Below, piece by piece: positions 1-12,904 of a stretch of 64,000 bases of DNA. The stretch is taken from the NCBI GenBank assembly GCA_044892525.1, contig CM097885.1, forward strand, positions 236,098,001 to 236,162,000, written 5' to 3'. The DNA comes from Schmidtea polychroa (lineage: Eukaryota). Made by a program: the position numbers and the translations under genes. Within the stretch, counting starts at the first letter, position 1; every line of letters starts with the position of its first letter. The notes beneath the pieces were generated by a model. The model was not told where the DNA came from, made no database searches, and saw only the letters and a list, made by a program, of their open reading frames with translations.

Positions 1-196
1 TTTTGTGTTATGAAAATAACTGTTACACCAACATGTCTGCTGATTTTTGTGAATAAATTATTAAAATCCTTTTCTTTATTGGCTTCTTGATACAAATCAT
101 CGATAATGATGACATCACCTTTCTTCAAACGACTTGAACAGTTTTTATCAAAACCCTTTACTATTTTCATGTTTTTCAATTGACAGAAACTTGATT
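1..196 (-). repeat. Inverted duplicate of ATPase segment 1404-1599
   Basis: 1-196 is the reverse complement of 1404-1599 with one mismatch seen (gacttgaaca vs gacttgacca). Confidence 0.95.
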
Positions 197-560
197 ACCA
201 AAGACCATTCAATATATCTCTGGTAGCGGAAATTGCAACAGCTACAACCCAAACTGCAAGGGTATTCTACTTCTACTTCCTTCATTGTTCTTCCAATCTT
301 CACATCCCAGAGAAATGTATTGATAATATCGAAAATCCAGATTCTGGTTTCATTGTAAATTAAATCTGGGATTATTGCAACATCTCGATCTTTGAGAATA
401 TCATACATTTGTGGGCAATAAAAATACAATCTTTCCAGTATTATTGCATGATATTCATCTGTAAATAATAATAATAATAATATGATAAATACAATTAAAA
501 TTTACCATAATGTTCATGTTCTTTCATGGCTGCTATAGCTGAACTTTGAATATTGTACAT
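197..560 (-). CDS. Small spliced gene of unknown function, 3'-truncated by the inverted duplication
   Basis: ATG at 560 and a 47-nt GTAAAT...TACAG intron at 505-459. Splicing gives MYNIQSSAIAAMKEHEHY-DEYHAIILER in frame with ORF 148..429, which has a Cys cluster YPCSLGCSCC. Confidence 0.6.
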
Positions 561-677
561 GGTTTAAAAATGATAACTAAACCGAAAACATTTTGTTATA
601 AATAATCATCAACCAATTAGATTTCGACCAATCAGAATCATGCATTTCAATTGCATTGAATTTGCAAGGATAAATAA

Positions 678-1141
678 TTAATTAAGTGATAATAAAAAAT
701 CTAAAAATTCTTTTTCTTCAATTATTGATTTAATTTCAGATATGATATTATCAACTATACATTTGTAATCAATATTTTTTATTCCAAGAATTACTATCTT
801 ACCGCTAGCGAATATATTTACACACATAGGGTTATATTTTATATATCTCAAAGCTGGAAATAATTCCGGTTCGTAAAAGCATGGTATTAATTTAGCCAAT
901 TCATTTAAATTACAAGAAAAACCTATATCGGAAGTTACGGTTATCGATTGTATTTCTAAATCATAAACATTATATTCACTAGCTTTGATTATTTCCTTAC
1001 ACCCCATAATTCTACATTTACCAGTTTTGAAATATATTATTGTATATTTTTTACTTCTATTGACGAGTTGTTGTGCTTCCCCATTGGAAATACCATTTTT
1101 GATACATCAGCTTTTGCCCTGTAATTTATATTTGAAAGCAT
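678..1141 (-). pseudogene. Divergent compact TBP-like protein with one frameshift (about 154 aa if repaired)
   Basis: The second repeat IQSITVTSDIGFSCNLNELAK..FYEPELFPALRY..VNIFASGKIVILG matches TBP YEPELFPGLIYR..LIFVSGKVVLTG. The upstream frame gives the first repeat TIIYFKTGKCRIMG. ATG at 1141 joins after a 1-nt frameshift near 1075. Confidence 0.82.
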
Positions 1142-1246
1142 TTTAATGAAATAATTATAAAAACTCTGTTATATATAGTTATTTTAAAAAGGAGTTCATT
1201 TAAATTATCAATATAAACAATAATTATATAGTTTAAATTAATTAAA

Positions 1247-1851
1247 ATGGAATTACGAAATGATGCAGTATACCAAATCGTTGGTCCAAGTGGTAGCGGA
1301 AAAACATTATTTGTTTGTAAATTACTAAAATCAAATTTGTTCAAAACAAAATTCAACAATATTTATTGGCATAGGGGCGCCGATGAAGAACATGGATTGA
1401 CGCAATCAAGTTTCTGTCAATTGAAAAACATGAAAATAGTAAAGGGTTTTGATAAAAACTGGTCAAGTCGTTTGAAGAAAGGTGATGTCATCATTATCGA
1501 TGATTTGTATCAAGAAGCCAATAAAGAAAAGGATTTTAATAATTTATTCACAAAAATCAGCAGACATGTTGGTGTAACAGTTATTTTCATAACACAAAAT
1601 CTATTTCATCAAGGTGGTGCACATCGAACACGTAATTTAAATGTACAATATTTAGTTATTTTCTTGGACGACAAGCATACCCTAATAACCGTAATTTTCT
1701 TATCAATGCATTTCAAGATGCTACGAAAATACCTCATGGGTATATATTTCTCGATTTCACACAACAATGTCCCGATGATTTACCAGTAAAAACAGATATT
1801 TTCAACCCAAAAGGTGCCATGGTTTATAAACAAAGTTCAAAACAAATTTGA
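1247..1851 (+). pseudogene. Polinton packaging ATPase (A32/FtsK-HerA), with an internal deletion/frameshift near 1660
   Basis: Walker A GPSGSGKT, Walker B IIIDD and LFTKISRHVGVTVIFITQNLF. The C-terminus FLGRQAYP..AFQDATKIPHGYIFLDF..KTDIF continues in another frame to TGA at 1849-1851. Confidence 0.92.
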
Positions 1852-2350
1852 AAACACGTAAATCAAAAACAAAGATATCGAGTAAAAAACAACCAAAAGT
1901 TCCACCAACAACTAGTTATACTCCATCTAAAGAACTTATTACAGAAAATTTTCCTGCAATGAATCTTATTTCGAAAAATTCTAAACCTAAACCTAAAAGT
2001 AAAACCACTAAGAAAGTAAAAGTTGTTAAAAATCATCGGAGTTTCCCGTTTTTCAATACATTGTTAAAGGCACCAAGTATGAAAAGAAACAGTATTTTGC
2101 AATCTTTTCCAAATTATGTTGTCGATGATTTACTCGATATTATACTTAAAGTAGTCAAAGGCAAGCTTAAAATCAGTAAATCTAAAAAGCAATTATTGAG
2201 TAAACATAGGAAACCTTTGCTATCATTAGTAAATAATAAAAATCGTCAACAAATGAGAAAATTTTATATAAACAACAAGGGGGATTTATCGGTGCATTGA
2301 TACCTTTAGCAATATCATTATTAGGTGGAATAATAGGAAGTCGATCATAA
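1848..2350 (+). pseudogene. Basic core-like protein ending in an adenovirus pX-like GGF-hydrophobic tail (frameshifted)
   Basis: Lys-rich ORF (KGKLKISKSKKQLLSKHRKPL). The alternate frame ends KQQGGFIGALIPLAISLLGGIIGSRS*, resembling adenoviral pX xGG-F/ILPLLIP. Start codon uncertain. Confidence 0.7.
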
Positions 2351-2411
2351 ACAATGGGTGCTAATCCTTCATTACCAGACATTAAATTAAATATTAAATC
2401 TTCTTGTTGTA

Positions 2412-2922
<511 letters not shown>

Positions 2923-2935
2923 TAAAATACTAATA

Positions 2936-3294
2936 ATGACTACAGAAAAAGGTTAATATGATTAGTTAATTATCAAATTATTTAATATTTAGAATTTATA
3001 ATAAACTTTTTATTGGAAAAATTAGCAGAAATATCTGGTGTGAAAATGGAGGATATATTATCTGTTACAAACGCATTAAATATAGACTGGGTAGCAGAGA
3101 GTGAAGATTTGGGATTTGATGAAACAGATGAAGAAAACACTCAAGATGATGAGGAAAGCATTCAAGAAATTGATGAACCTATGGAGGAATTTACGGATAC
3201 TGAACCGTGTGTATATAGGGAATGTATAGATCATGTTGTTGAAAATGTTATGAACTGTGGAGATGATGAATGTGAATGTGTTAATACATTTTAG
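2936..3294 (+). CDS. Small acidic Cys-tailed protein, two exons, unknown function
   Basis: ATG at 2936 and a 41-nt GT..TTTAG intron at 2952-2992 join MTTEK-EFIINFL in frame to ORF 3013..3294. Confidence 0.55.
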
Positions 3295-3384
3295 TATAAT
3301 ATTCTAGTATAATATTTTAGTATAATTTAAAGTATAATATTTAGATTTTCTTTGTTAAATTTTTGTCTTGAATATTTTTTAACA

Positions 3385-3480
3385 GTACCTTTGTGACCTT
3401 TACCTTTGTGACCTTTACCCTTGTGACCAATACCCATAGGGGGGACAAAATATCTTGTCGGATAGACTCGGAGTATATAG

Positions 3481-3543
<63 letters not shown>

Positions 3544-3642
3544 TTGTTGCATGTGTGGACACTAATATTATTTTTTATACATTGTGTGTGTGTGACCATA
3601 AAGGGGACAGAATATCTTGTCGGATAGACTCGGAGTATATAG

Positions 3643-3702
<60 letters not shown>

Positions 3703-3795
3703 TTGTTGCATGTGTGGACACTAATATTATTTTTTATACATTGTGTGTGTGTGTGTGACCATAGGGGGACAGAATATCTTGTCGGATAGACTATA
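3385..3795 (+). repeat. Three tandem copies of a terminal module CCATAGGGGGACAGAATATCTTGTCGGATA(G/A)ACTCGGAG-TATA, the first preceded by 15-bp subrepeats
   Basis: Copies at about 3435-3478, 3596-3640 and 3759-3795, separated by duplicated (AAT)n spacers. Confidence 0.9.
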
Positions 3796-3867
3796 TATAC
3801 AAAGTATGTGCAATAATTTTATTTTGTCAACTTAACCGTCAAAATAAGTTTTTTAATTTAAATTTTA

Positions 3868-4052
3868 AAATACCGCAACGTAATATATATTTAATAATTA
3901 AAATACCGCAACGTAATATATTTAATAATTAAAATACAGCAACGTAATATATTTAATTTTAAAATACCGCAACGTAATAATTAAAATATATTTAATAATT
4001 AAAATATAATTAAAATACCGCAACGTAATATATTTTAAAATACCGCAACGTA
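3868..4052. repeat. Six copies of AAAATACCGCAACGTAA in AT-rich spacers
   Basis: Read directly; a further copy with the same upstream flank lies at about 9876-9892. Confidence 0.9.
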
Positions 4053-4122
4053 AAAACAAAAAATTTTAAAAAAAAAGTTTAAAAAAAAAATTTTGTGATA
4101 ATTTGACTGATTCAATTTGATG

Positions 4123-6522
4123 GAGAGTTTATCCTACAAGATATTTTCTCCCTCTATGGGTATTGCTTGTAAGGGTAATGGTCGTAAGGGTACTGGTCGT
4201 AAAGGTACTGGTGTGTTTTAATGATTTTATTTAGGCAAATATTTGGTTATTATTTGGCAATAAATTCATTGGTAATTTTTTAGAGTTAGCGGGATTTTAC
4301 CAACATTTTTTGTGAATTTCATGTTAATTGAAAGAATATATAATGCTTAGTGTTAATTCTAAGATAAATTTAATTAATTTCTTGATAATTTGCTATATTT
4401 TATTGACTTGTTTTAAAATTTTAAATAAAAATTAATTTTTAATGAGGTTAATAATCAAGTGATAGGATAAATTTTGATGATGATGACTTTGTAATGATAT
4501 TGAATTTGACTAAATAATTTTTTCATATATTTTTCTAAGAATATTTACACATTGATGAACTTTAAAATATTGAAAATCTAAAGTAGAAACCAACTAATTT
4601 TATCATGATGATGATATATTTGAAATCTACTTGAAAATTAATGTAAAATATACTGAAATTTGTGATTTAGTTTGAAAGATATATCATTTTATAATGGCTA
4701 TAATTAGCCGAATCGATGATCAATCAATATATTTCATCTCTAATTAGATATTTGATGGTGAATGTGGCGAAATATTTGTAGGAAATATTCATTTTAGCGA
4801 ATTTTGATCTTTTACTGAGGTCTTTGAATTTAGCTACTAAATTATTTCAATGGAAGAATGTTTGTAACAATTAAATAAAATTCATATTTTGAAGAATTTT
4901 ATATGGATTTTAAGATATATTAAAGGGCTCAAGTGGGTGAAATTATATTCGGTTGTATTTAGTGAAGGTTAAGATGGTAATATATACGATTTAAGCAGTG
5001 CTCGAAGTGAGGCGGGATAGCCGGGATATTATCCCGGCATTGATTATGTAGGCGGAATTGCATCCCGGCACTTCATTTTATATAATCTATAGGTTTATCC
5101 CGGTACTTATTTCATTTTATTATCACACAAATACTGCAATTAAGTTCATACATAGTACATCCATATATGTATGTATATATATATTCTTTATTCTCTATTC
5201 TCTATTCAATTAAGAATTTCCCAAGCAGCAGTAATGGATAGGTAGGTATATTCTGAAACTTATGATTAAATGGGTGGACACCCCCCCCCCAAAAATTTGT
5301 TGGACACCCCCCAAAGTTTTGCAACACCCCCAACTGAAAATTTCTGCATAAAAGCCTGGAATCCCGGGTGTCACAGCATGCCTATCCCGGCACATATTTT
5401 GTTCCACTTCGAGCACTGGATTTAAGGTATTTAAAGGGGTAGAAATATTTGGTGAGGAATCGGTTAATGTTTTGAATATTTATATATTCTTATTGGTAAA
5501 ATATCAAATTTTCAAGGGAAATAGTCAGCTATGAATAGTTCCTGTGAAATTATATCGTTTTAGAGGTTGTGATGAATGTTATTGCACAGTAATTTATGTT
5601 TCAGATCCAGTTTTTATTAATTTTCCACGGTTTTATTAATGGTTAATGATCAATTTACTTGGTTTTGACAATGAGATATTTGAAATCTTTAGAATTAATT
5701 GATGAAGTTAACTATTAATGAGTTATTGCTTTAAATTATTTTTATTTAAGAAGTTTTTTTATTCATTTTGGGGATATCGTTGACAAAGCTTGAGAAATAT
5801 TAACTTAAAAGAATTGGAAAACAACTAAAGAAAAGCGATCTTTGAAGGAAATTTATGATTTTAATTAGATTTCTAGATATTAAATAGGTTGAATATCAGT
5901 TAATCTATTGAAGGAATATTGTTATCGGATGGATAAATGATATTTTGCTAAATTACCTTATTATATTATTATTTTAATGACTAAATTAACCAATAATCAT
6001 AAATTGATGGCACAAAATATCCATGTTTTGGTTACTCAAACACCTTAAATTTCTCGCAAAGATATACTACGCCCAATGATCATCTCATTAAATTAGAAAA
6101 TAATTGTTACTTTAGAATATATATTTCTAAATAATAAGCCCTTTAACTGGATAAATGATAACCATATTTCTATTATGACTCCTTTAAATATTTTTGCCTC
6201 AAACAAATTTACTCCAAATGATAAAGAATTTAAAATTATCAATGAATAATGACCATATTATTAACTATTGTAACGAACATTAGATGAATAAATTACCTTT
6301 TGCTTTAAATGAATACAAAGTTAACCAATAAATTAGTCGCTCGAAATAAGAATTCGGTAAGTTACATTTAAAATATTCACGAATTTCCGATCATCTCACT
6401 AAATTACCTAAGAATTTCTAAATGATTAATATACCCTTGCGACATGTTGAATGTGAGCAGTACCTTTGTGACCAATACCCATAGGGGGACAGAATATCTT
6501 GTCGGATAAACTCGGAGTATAT
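4123..6522. mobile_element. About 2.4-kb segment bounded by inverted copies of the terminal module; interior looks like decayed coding sequence
   Basis: Degenerate reverse-orientation module at about 4123-4212 and forward module at about 6433-6522. Confidence 0.5.
4996..5418. mobile_element. hAT-type MITE
   Basis: 14-bp TIR CAGTGCTCGAAGTG/CACTTCGAGCACTG, perfect 8-bp TSD GATTTAAG and subterminal ATCCCGGCA repeats. Confidence 0.95.
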
Positions 6523-7256
6523 GGTCTTTATTGATATATCAAAATACTGTTATTTATAAATTAACTAAAACATACTATATTATCTTACTGAAGGATACCT
6601 TAAATGTTTTTAATATATCTATTTCTAAAATAAATCGACAGCTCAGACTAACAACATGTATGAATGACCACCCATTGTTAATTTATTTCCTGTGTCACGT
6701 CCCTCATAAATACCGTGAGTGTTTTAACAAAGCTGAGCTAAAAGAAACTTTCCAGATAACAGCTCACCTGAATGTTTTGAATAAAAATGAGCAAAATTGA
6801 GAACAAACTATTAGATGGCGATTAACTTCTGGCCATAACCCTAGCAACATGAAAATTAAGATTTTAATTATTGAATTCGTTGATTTCTGCCTGGAAATAC
6901 TAACACAATATTTTTTAATTCAAGAATCTTCATTATAAATTTTTGAATTTAAAAAATTAAATGAAGGATATATTAAATTTACAATACATAATATTATATA
7001 AAATTATACTGTATTTATTAATAAATTTAGAATACATAAAATTATAATATTATAATATTTTATAAAGTTATACTATATAATAATGTTTAAATATGCTTAA
7101 ATAACTAAAGTGTTTAAATATTTTTAAATAACTAAATTTAAATTAATTAAATATAATTCTGATATAACTTTATTTCTTTCGTTTTAGTATCCATAAAGTA
7201 AGTAAATAAAGAATTTACTACAATATTTTAATTATTTTACTTAGTAATGAAGAAAA

Positions 7257-7620
7257 TGAATTATATGATTATGTAGAAGATGAGTCAGACAAAATGGTGA
7301 AACACTAAAAGAATTATGTTCTGGATTTAGAGATTTCTTATTAAAACATGAATTATATGATTATGAAGAAGATGAACCAGACAAAATGGTGAAACACTAA
7401 AGAAGTTATAGGTTTTAGATTTAGAGATTTCTTATTAAAACATGAATTATATGATTATGAAGAAGATGAACCAGACAAAATGGTGAAACACTAAAGGACT
7501 TATGTTCTGGATTTAGAGATTTCTTATTAAAACATGAATTATATGATTATGAAGAAGATGAACCAGACACAATGGTGAAACACTAAAGGAGTTATAGTTC
7601 CGGATTTTTTAAATGAATTA
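7257..7620. repeat. About 91-94 bp tandem repeat, 4 copies
   Basis: Unit ATGAATTATATGATTATGAAGAAGATGAACCAGACAAAATGGTGAAACACTAAA... Confidence 0.92.
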
Positions 7621-8756
7621 TCTGATTGTGGGTGTCCTTCAACATGAATTATCAGACTTAAATTATGTAAACTTTCAACGAATGTCAAGAAAAACCGATG
7701 TTTTATCAATTAAGTAAAGTACTCGTCATACCTGAAGAATATTATTATTAATGTAAGACATGAATTAATTCTATTAAATATATATATATATATATATTAT
7801 ATTTAGGTATCGGTGTTTTATGGTGGGAATTGATAAGGAAAAAGTATACCACAAATAACAGTTGCCTAATAGTCAGACAGAATTTAATTTGTGACGATAA
7901 AATGCTAGATAACATCTGTAATACATCTGTAATACAATACAAATTTTAGCAATGATAGTTGATGCCGCATCAGAAACTAAGAAATACGTCCAATTTGCAA
8001 GATGTATTCCAAATGGCCCGATGGAGATGATAATTTTGAGATAGATTACCAGCAGTAGAGCGAGAAAAATTTGTAAATTAAATATAATAGGGTTGGGTGG
8101 GTCCTCTTTATCCCTTAATTAATATATATTTACAAGCTGATCGTCGTGGTGGGCGGTTGTAATCCAACTAGTGGGAGGCCTCTGTAAATATATATTTGTC
8201 TTAGTGAAAACATTAATTAATTTGGTTATAGTGCCAATGACGCATGTATTTTGAAATTATACGTTTCGAATGTGCTGGTAGTTGACTACCCATGCTAGGT
8301 GTAATTTTCCGTACGGAAAGCTATTATGCCCAGGTTCTTCTGACCCACTTGGGGTAGGCACAGACGACCCTTGTGGACGCGAACAAATATCCACCGTGTC
8401 TTTCAGGCACAGATATTTGGTCACTGCTCATTAGGCCTGGCAATACTAAATGCATAAACTTTGCCTTGTCCTCTCTTGTCTTGATTTTTATCGTTTAAAT
8501 ATTATTTAAAATATTGTGTGTGATAAGTTTTATTTACTAACCTTAATAAACCATAATATACTTTAAGTTCGAAAACCCTTGCGACATGTTGAGTGTGAGC
8601 AATACTCATAGGGGTACAGAATATTTTGTCGGATAGACTAGGAGTATATACACCCATGTTAAACAAGGTATGTGTATATAGAATGTATGTATAAAATTAT
8701 CGCTCCTTATTGTCAACTTCCTGTAAAGGCAAACACAGAATACTGCAAACATATAA

Positions 8757-9281
8757 GTTTAATGGGTTGTGTATGTGTGTAGAAAATATTTTAGGTTTTT
8801 AATATTGATAATAATAATAATGGTTCATGGGTTGTGTGTGTAAAAAAAAATATTTTAGGTTTTTGACTGATATTGATAATAATAATAATATAGATAATAA
8901 TAATAATAATAATAAAGTTTAATGGGTTGTGTATGTGTGTAGAAAATATTTTAGGTTTTTAATATTGATAATAATAATAATGGGTTGTGTATGTGTTGAA
9001 AATATTTTAGGTTTTCACTAATATTGATAATAATAATGGTTAATGGGTTGTGTGTGTGTGTAGAAAATATTTTAGGTTTTCACTAATATTGATAATAATA
9101 ATGGTTAATGAGTTGTGCATGTGTGTGTGTAAAAATATTTTAGGTTTTTAATATTGATAATAATAATAATGGTTGATGGGTTGTGTGTGTAAACCAAATT
9201 TTAGATTTTTCATTAACAATAATAATAATAATAAAATGGTTAATGGGTTGTGTGTGTAAACCCTATTTTAGGTTTTTTCAC

Positions 9282-9319
<38 letters not shown>

Positions 9320-9322
9320 TAG

Positions 9323-9391
<69 letters not shown>

Positions 9392-9651
9392 TTAATAATA
9401 ATAATAAAAGTTTAATGGGTTGTGTGTGTGTAGAAAATATTTTAGGTTTTCACTAATATTGATAATAATAATGGTTAATGAGTTGTGCATGTGTGTGTGT
9501 AAAAATATTTTAGGTTTTTAATATTGATAATAATAATAATGGTTGATGGGTTGTGTGTGTAAACCAAATTTTAGATTTTTCATTAACAATAATAATAATA
9601 ATAAAATGGTTAATGGGTTGTGTGTGTAAACCCTATTTTAGGTTTTTTCAC

Positions 9652-9725
<74 letters not shown>
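8757..9725. repeat. GT-skewed minisatellite AATGGGTTGTGTGTGT-AGAAAATATTTTAGGTTTT-(AAT)n with a higher-order duplication
   Basis: About 12 units, flanked by terminal-module copies at about 8575-8650 and 9955-10060. Confidence 0.9.
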
Positions 9726-9727
<2 letters not shown>

Positions 9728-10059
9728 TCCCGCGCGTGTTAATACTTAAAAAGATAATATTGAAAATTCAAAAAATAATAATAATATTTATGCAAAGCAT
9801 GTGGAATAATTATGTCTTTGTTAATTAAGTAAACTTTAGTGTCAAAATAAGTTTTTAAAATATATTTAAATTTTAAAATACCGCAACGTAATATATTTTT
9901 GTTCTACCTCTTCATTGATTTAAGTTGGTCAGAATTTAATAATAAGTATATTATGCCCTTTGAGACATGTTGAATGTGAGTAGTACACTTTTGACCATTA
10001 CCAATATGAGCAGTACCCATAGGGGGACAGAATATCTTGTCGGATAAACTCTGACTATA

Positions 10060-10117
<58 letters not shown>

Positions 10118-10148
10118 CATATTTCGTGCGGGTGTTAATATCTTTACC

Positions 10149-10196
<48 letters not shown>

Positions 10197-10254
10197 CAAC
10201 GATTTAAACAAATTAAATTATTATGTAATAGATAATTAAAACAAAAATTATTAG

Positions 10255-10910
10255 TTCTAAAAATATGACGTAATCATAGTTCTAAAAATATAAGGCATCG
10301 TTCTAAAAATATTAGGCATCGTTCTAAAAATGTGACGTAATCATTCTAAAATTAAGAGGCATTGTTCTAAAAATATTAGGCATCGTTCTAAAAATATTAG
10401 GCATCATTCTAAAAATATGACGTAATCATTCTAAAAATATTAGACATCATTCTAAAAATATGACGTAATCATTCTAAAAATATTAGACATCGTTCTAAAA
10501 ATATTAGGCATCATTCTAAAAATATTAGGCATCGTTCTAAAAATATGACGTAATCATTCTAAAAATATGAGGCATCATTCTAAAAATATGACGTAATCAT
10601 TCTAAAAATATTAGGCATCATTCTAAAAATATGACGTAATCATTCTAAAAATATTAGGCATCGTTCTAAAAATATTAGGCATCGTTCTAAAAATATTAGG
10701 CATCATTCTAAAAATGTGACGTAATCATTCTAAAAATATTAGACATCATTCTAAAAATATGACGTAATCATTCTAAAAATATTAGACATCGTTCTAAAAA
10801 TATTAGGCATCATTCTAAAAATATTAGGCATCGTTCTAAAAATATGACGTAATCATTCTAAAAATATGAGGCATCATTCTAAAAATATTAGGCATCATTC
10901 TAAAAATAAG
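10255..10910. repeat. 21/22-bp two-variant tandem array (TTCTAAAAATATGACGTAATCA / TTCTAAAAATATTAGGCATCR)
   Basis: About 30 units, ten of which carry TGACGTAA. Confidence 0.95.
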
Positions 10911-11801
10911 GTGAGTCATTGTCTTTGTTCTAAAAATGTGATGAGTCATTGTATGATAGGAATCTATGGCTCATCTTAAAGGTCTTGCATTGGGCTTTAA
11001 GATGAGGTATCGTCCAATAAAATCTGTTGGCGGGAACGATAACTTTTGGGATGAAAAAAAGTATGGGCCCTCTGGATCAATTAATTAAAACAAAAAATTA
11101 AATTAAAAAATAAATGAGGTTGACCTTGACCTTTTATTTAAAAAAAAAATTTCCCCGGGGGGGAGGGGGTATGTGATCCAGAGGGCCCCTGATCTGGATG
11201 GCCCATAACATACTACTCCAATAACCCAACAAAAAACCAAATTCATAAATTGAATGAAAATGAGTCATTCATAGATTTGTACACCAACCTATATTATAGA
11301 AGTTTTTATTCAGTGCAAACTGATATTCCAAATTATAAATCTGTTGACAAAGCTTTCTATTTTGCTTGGCACTCGCTGAAACTGAAGAAATTCAAGTAAG
11401 TTAATCGATCTACTCCATAAAAGATTAACTTCTTCATTGGTTATATCGTATTTTGTTGTTATCGACAAGGATTTTGAGATGGTTTCTTCAATCTCGGGAG
11501 CTTCCTAATTTATACGAGTATTTGAATTTTGGATCTTGAATTCCTAGGTCAATCCAGAAATTTCATGGATACGAAGGAGCGAAATAAATTGTTTTCTGAT
11601 CATTTTTTAAAAGTTTTTCTGTTTTTGAAAATTTTTTTTAAAATTGGCTGTAACTAAAAATTGATTTTTACTTTGATTTTAATCATTATGCTTTGAGACT
11701 CGAAGTCATCATTTAAGATTTTTATAAGTAGATTTCGTTAAGACCATCCAACGGCTCACTGCACATTCTATTAAATAATACAACTATTAATATTATTATT
11801 A

Positions 11802-11960
<159 letters not shown>

Positions 11961-12167
11961 GTATGTGGCTATTTACACATACTGTATGTTTAAATATAGT
12001 ATAATAAAAAGTATATATAAAGTATAATATTGAGAATTTCTTTGTTAAAGTTTTGCCTTGAATATTTTTAGCAGTACCTTTGCGACTATTACCCTTACGA
12101 GCAGTACCCATAGGGGGACAGAATATCTTGTCGGATAAACTCTGACTATATATTAATAATAAAAATG

Positions 12168-12585
12168 GGTAATACTTAAGTTTTGGGGGGGGGGGGCTGA
12201 ATTCAAAAATGAGTTAATTAATATATACTCTGAGTTTATCCGACAAAATATTCTGTCCCCCTATGGGTATTGCTCACAAGAGTACTACTCACATTCAACA
12301 TGTCGTAAATTTCTAACATTTTTATGAATTTTTATCATTTTTGTGAATTTTTGGTAAAATTATCAATAAATGCCTTAAACAACAAATTTGCCTAAATAAT
12401 CATTCAAATAAAAGCATTAAATACCTTTACGACTAATACCCTTACGACATGTTGAATGTGAGTAGTACCCTTATGAGCAATACCCATAGGGGGACAGAAT
12501 ATTTTGTCGGATAAACTCAGAGTATATATTAATTAACTCATTTTTGAATTCAGCCCCCCCCCCCCCCCAAAACTTAAGTATTACC
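12168..12585. repeat. Foldback structure: about 140-bp inverted arms containing the terminal module and G/C homopolymer runs
   Basis: 12168-12308 is the near-exact reverse complement of 12442-12585. Another forward module lies at about 12073-12152. Confidence 0.92.
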
Positions 12586-12759
12586 TAAAAATAAGTATGT
12601 ATAAATAGCCACATCCTTAAATATTCACTCAAACTAAAATTTATTAACACATTCAAATTCGTCATCTCCGCATTTCATAACATTTTCAACAACATGATAC
12701 AGTAAGTATAAATAGCCAATTTCTTATACATACAGTATGTATAAATAGCCACATACTTA

Positions 12760-12904
<145 letters not shown>

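Noticed and set aside
10255..10910. CRISPR-like look (constant repeat plus variable part)
   Set aside because: The variable parts are 9-10 nt and only two recurring types, there are no cas genes, and the context is eukaryotic.
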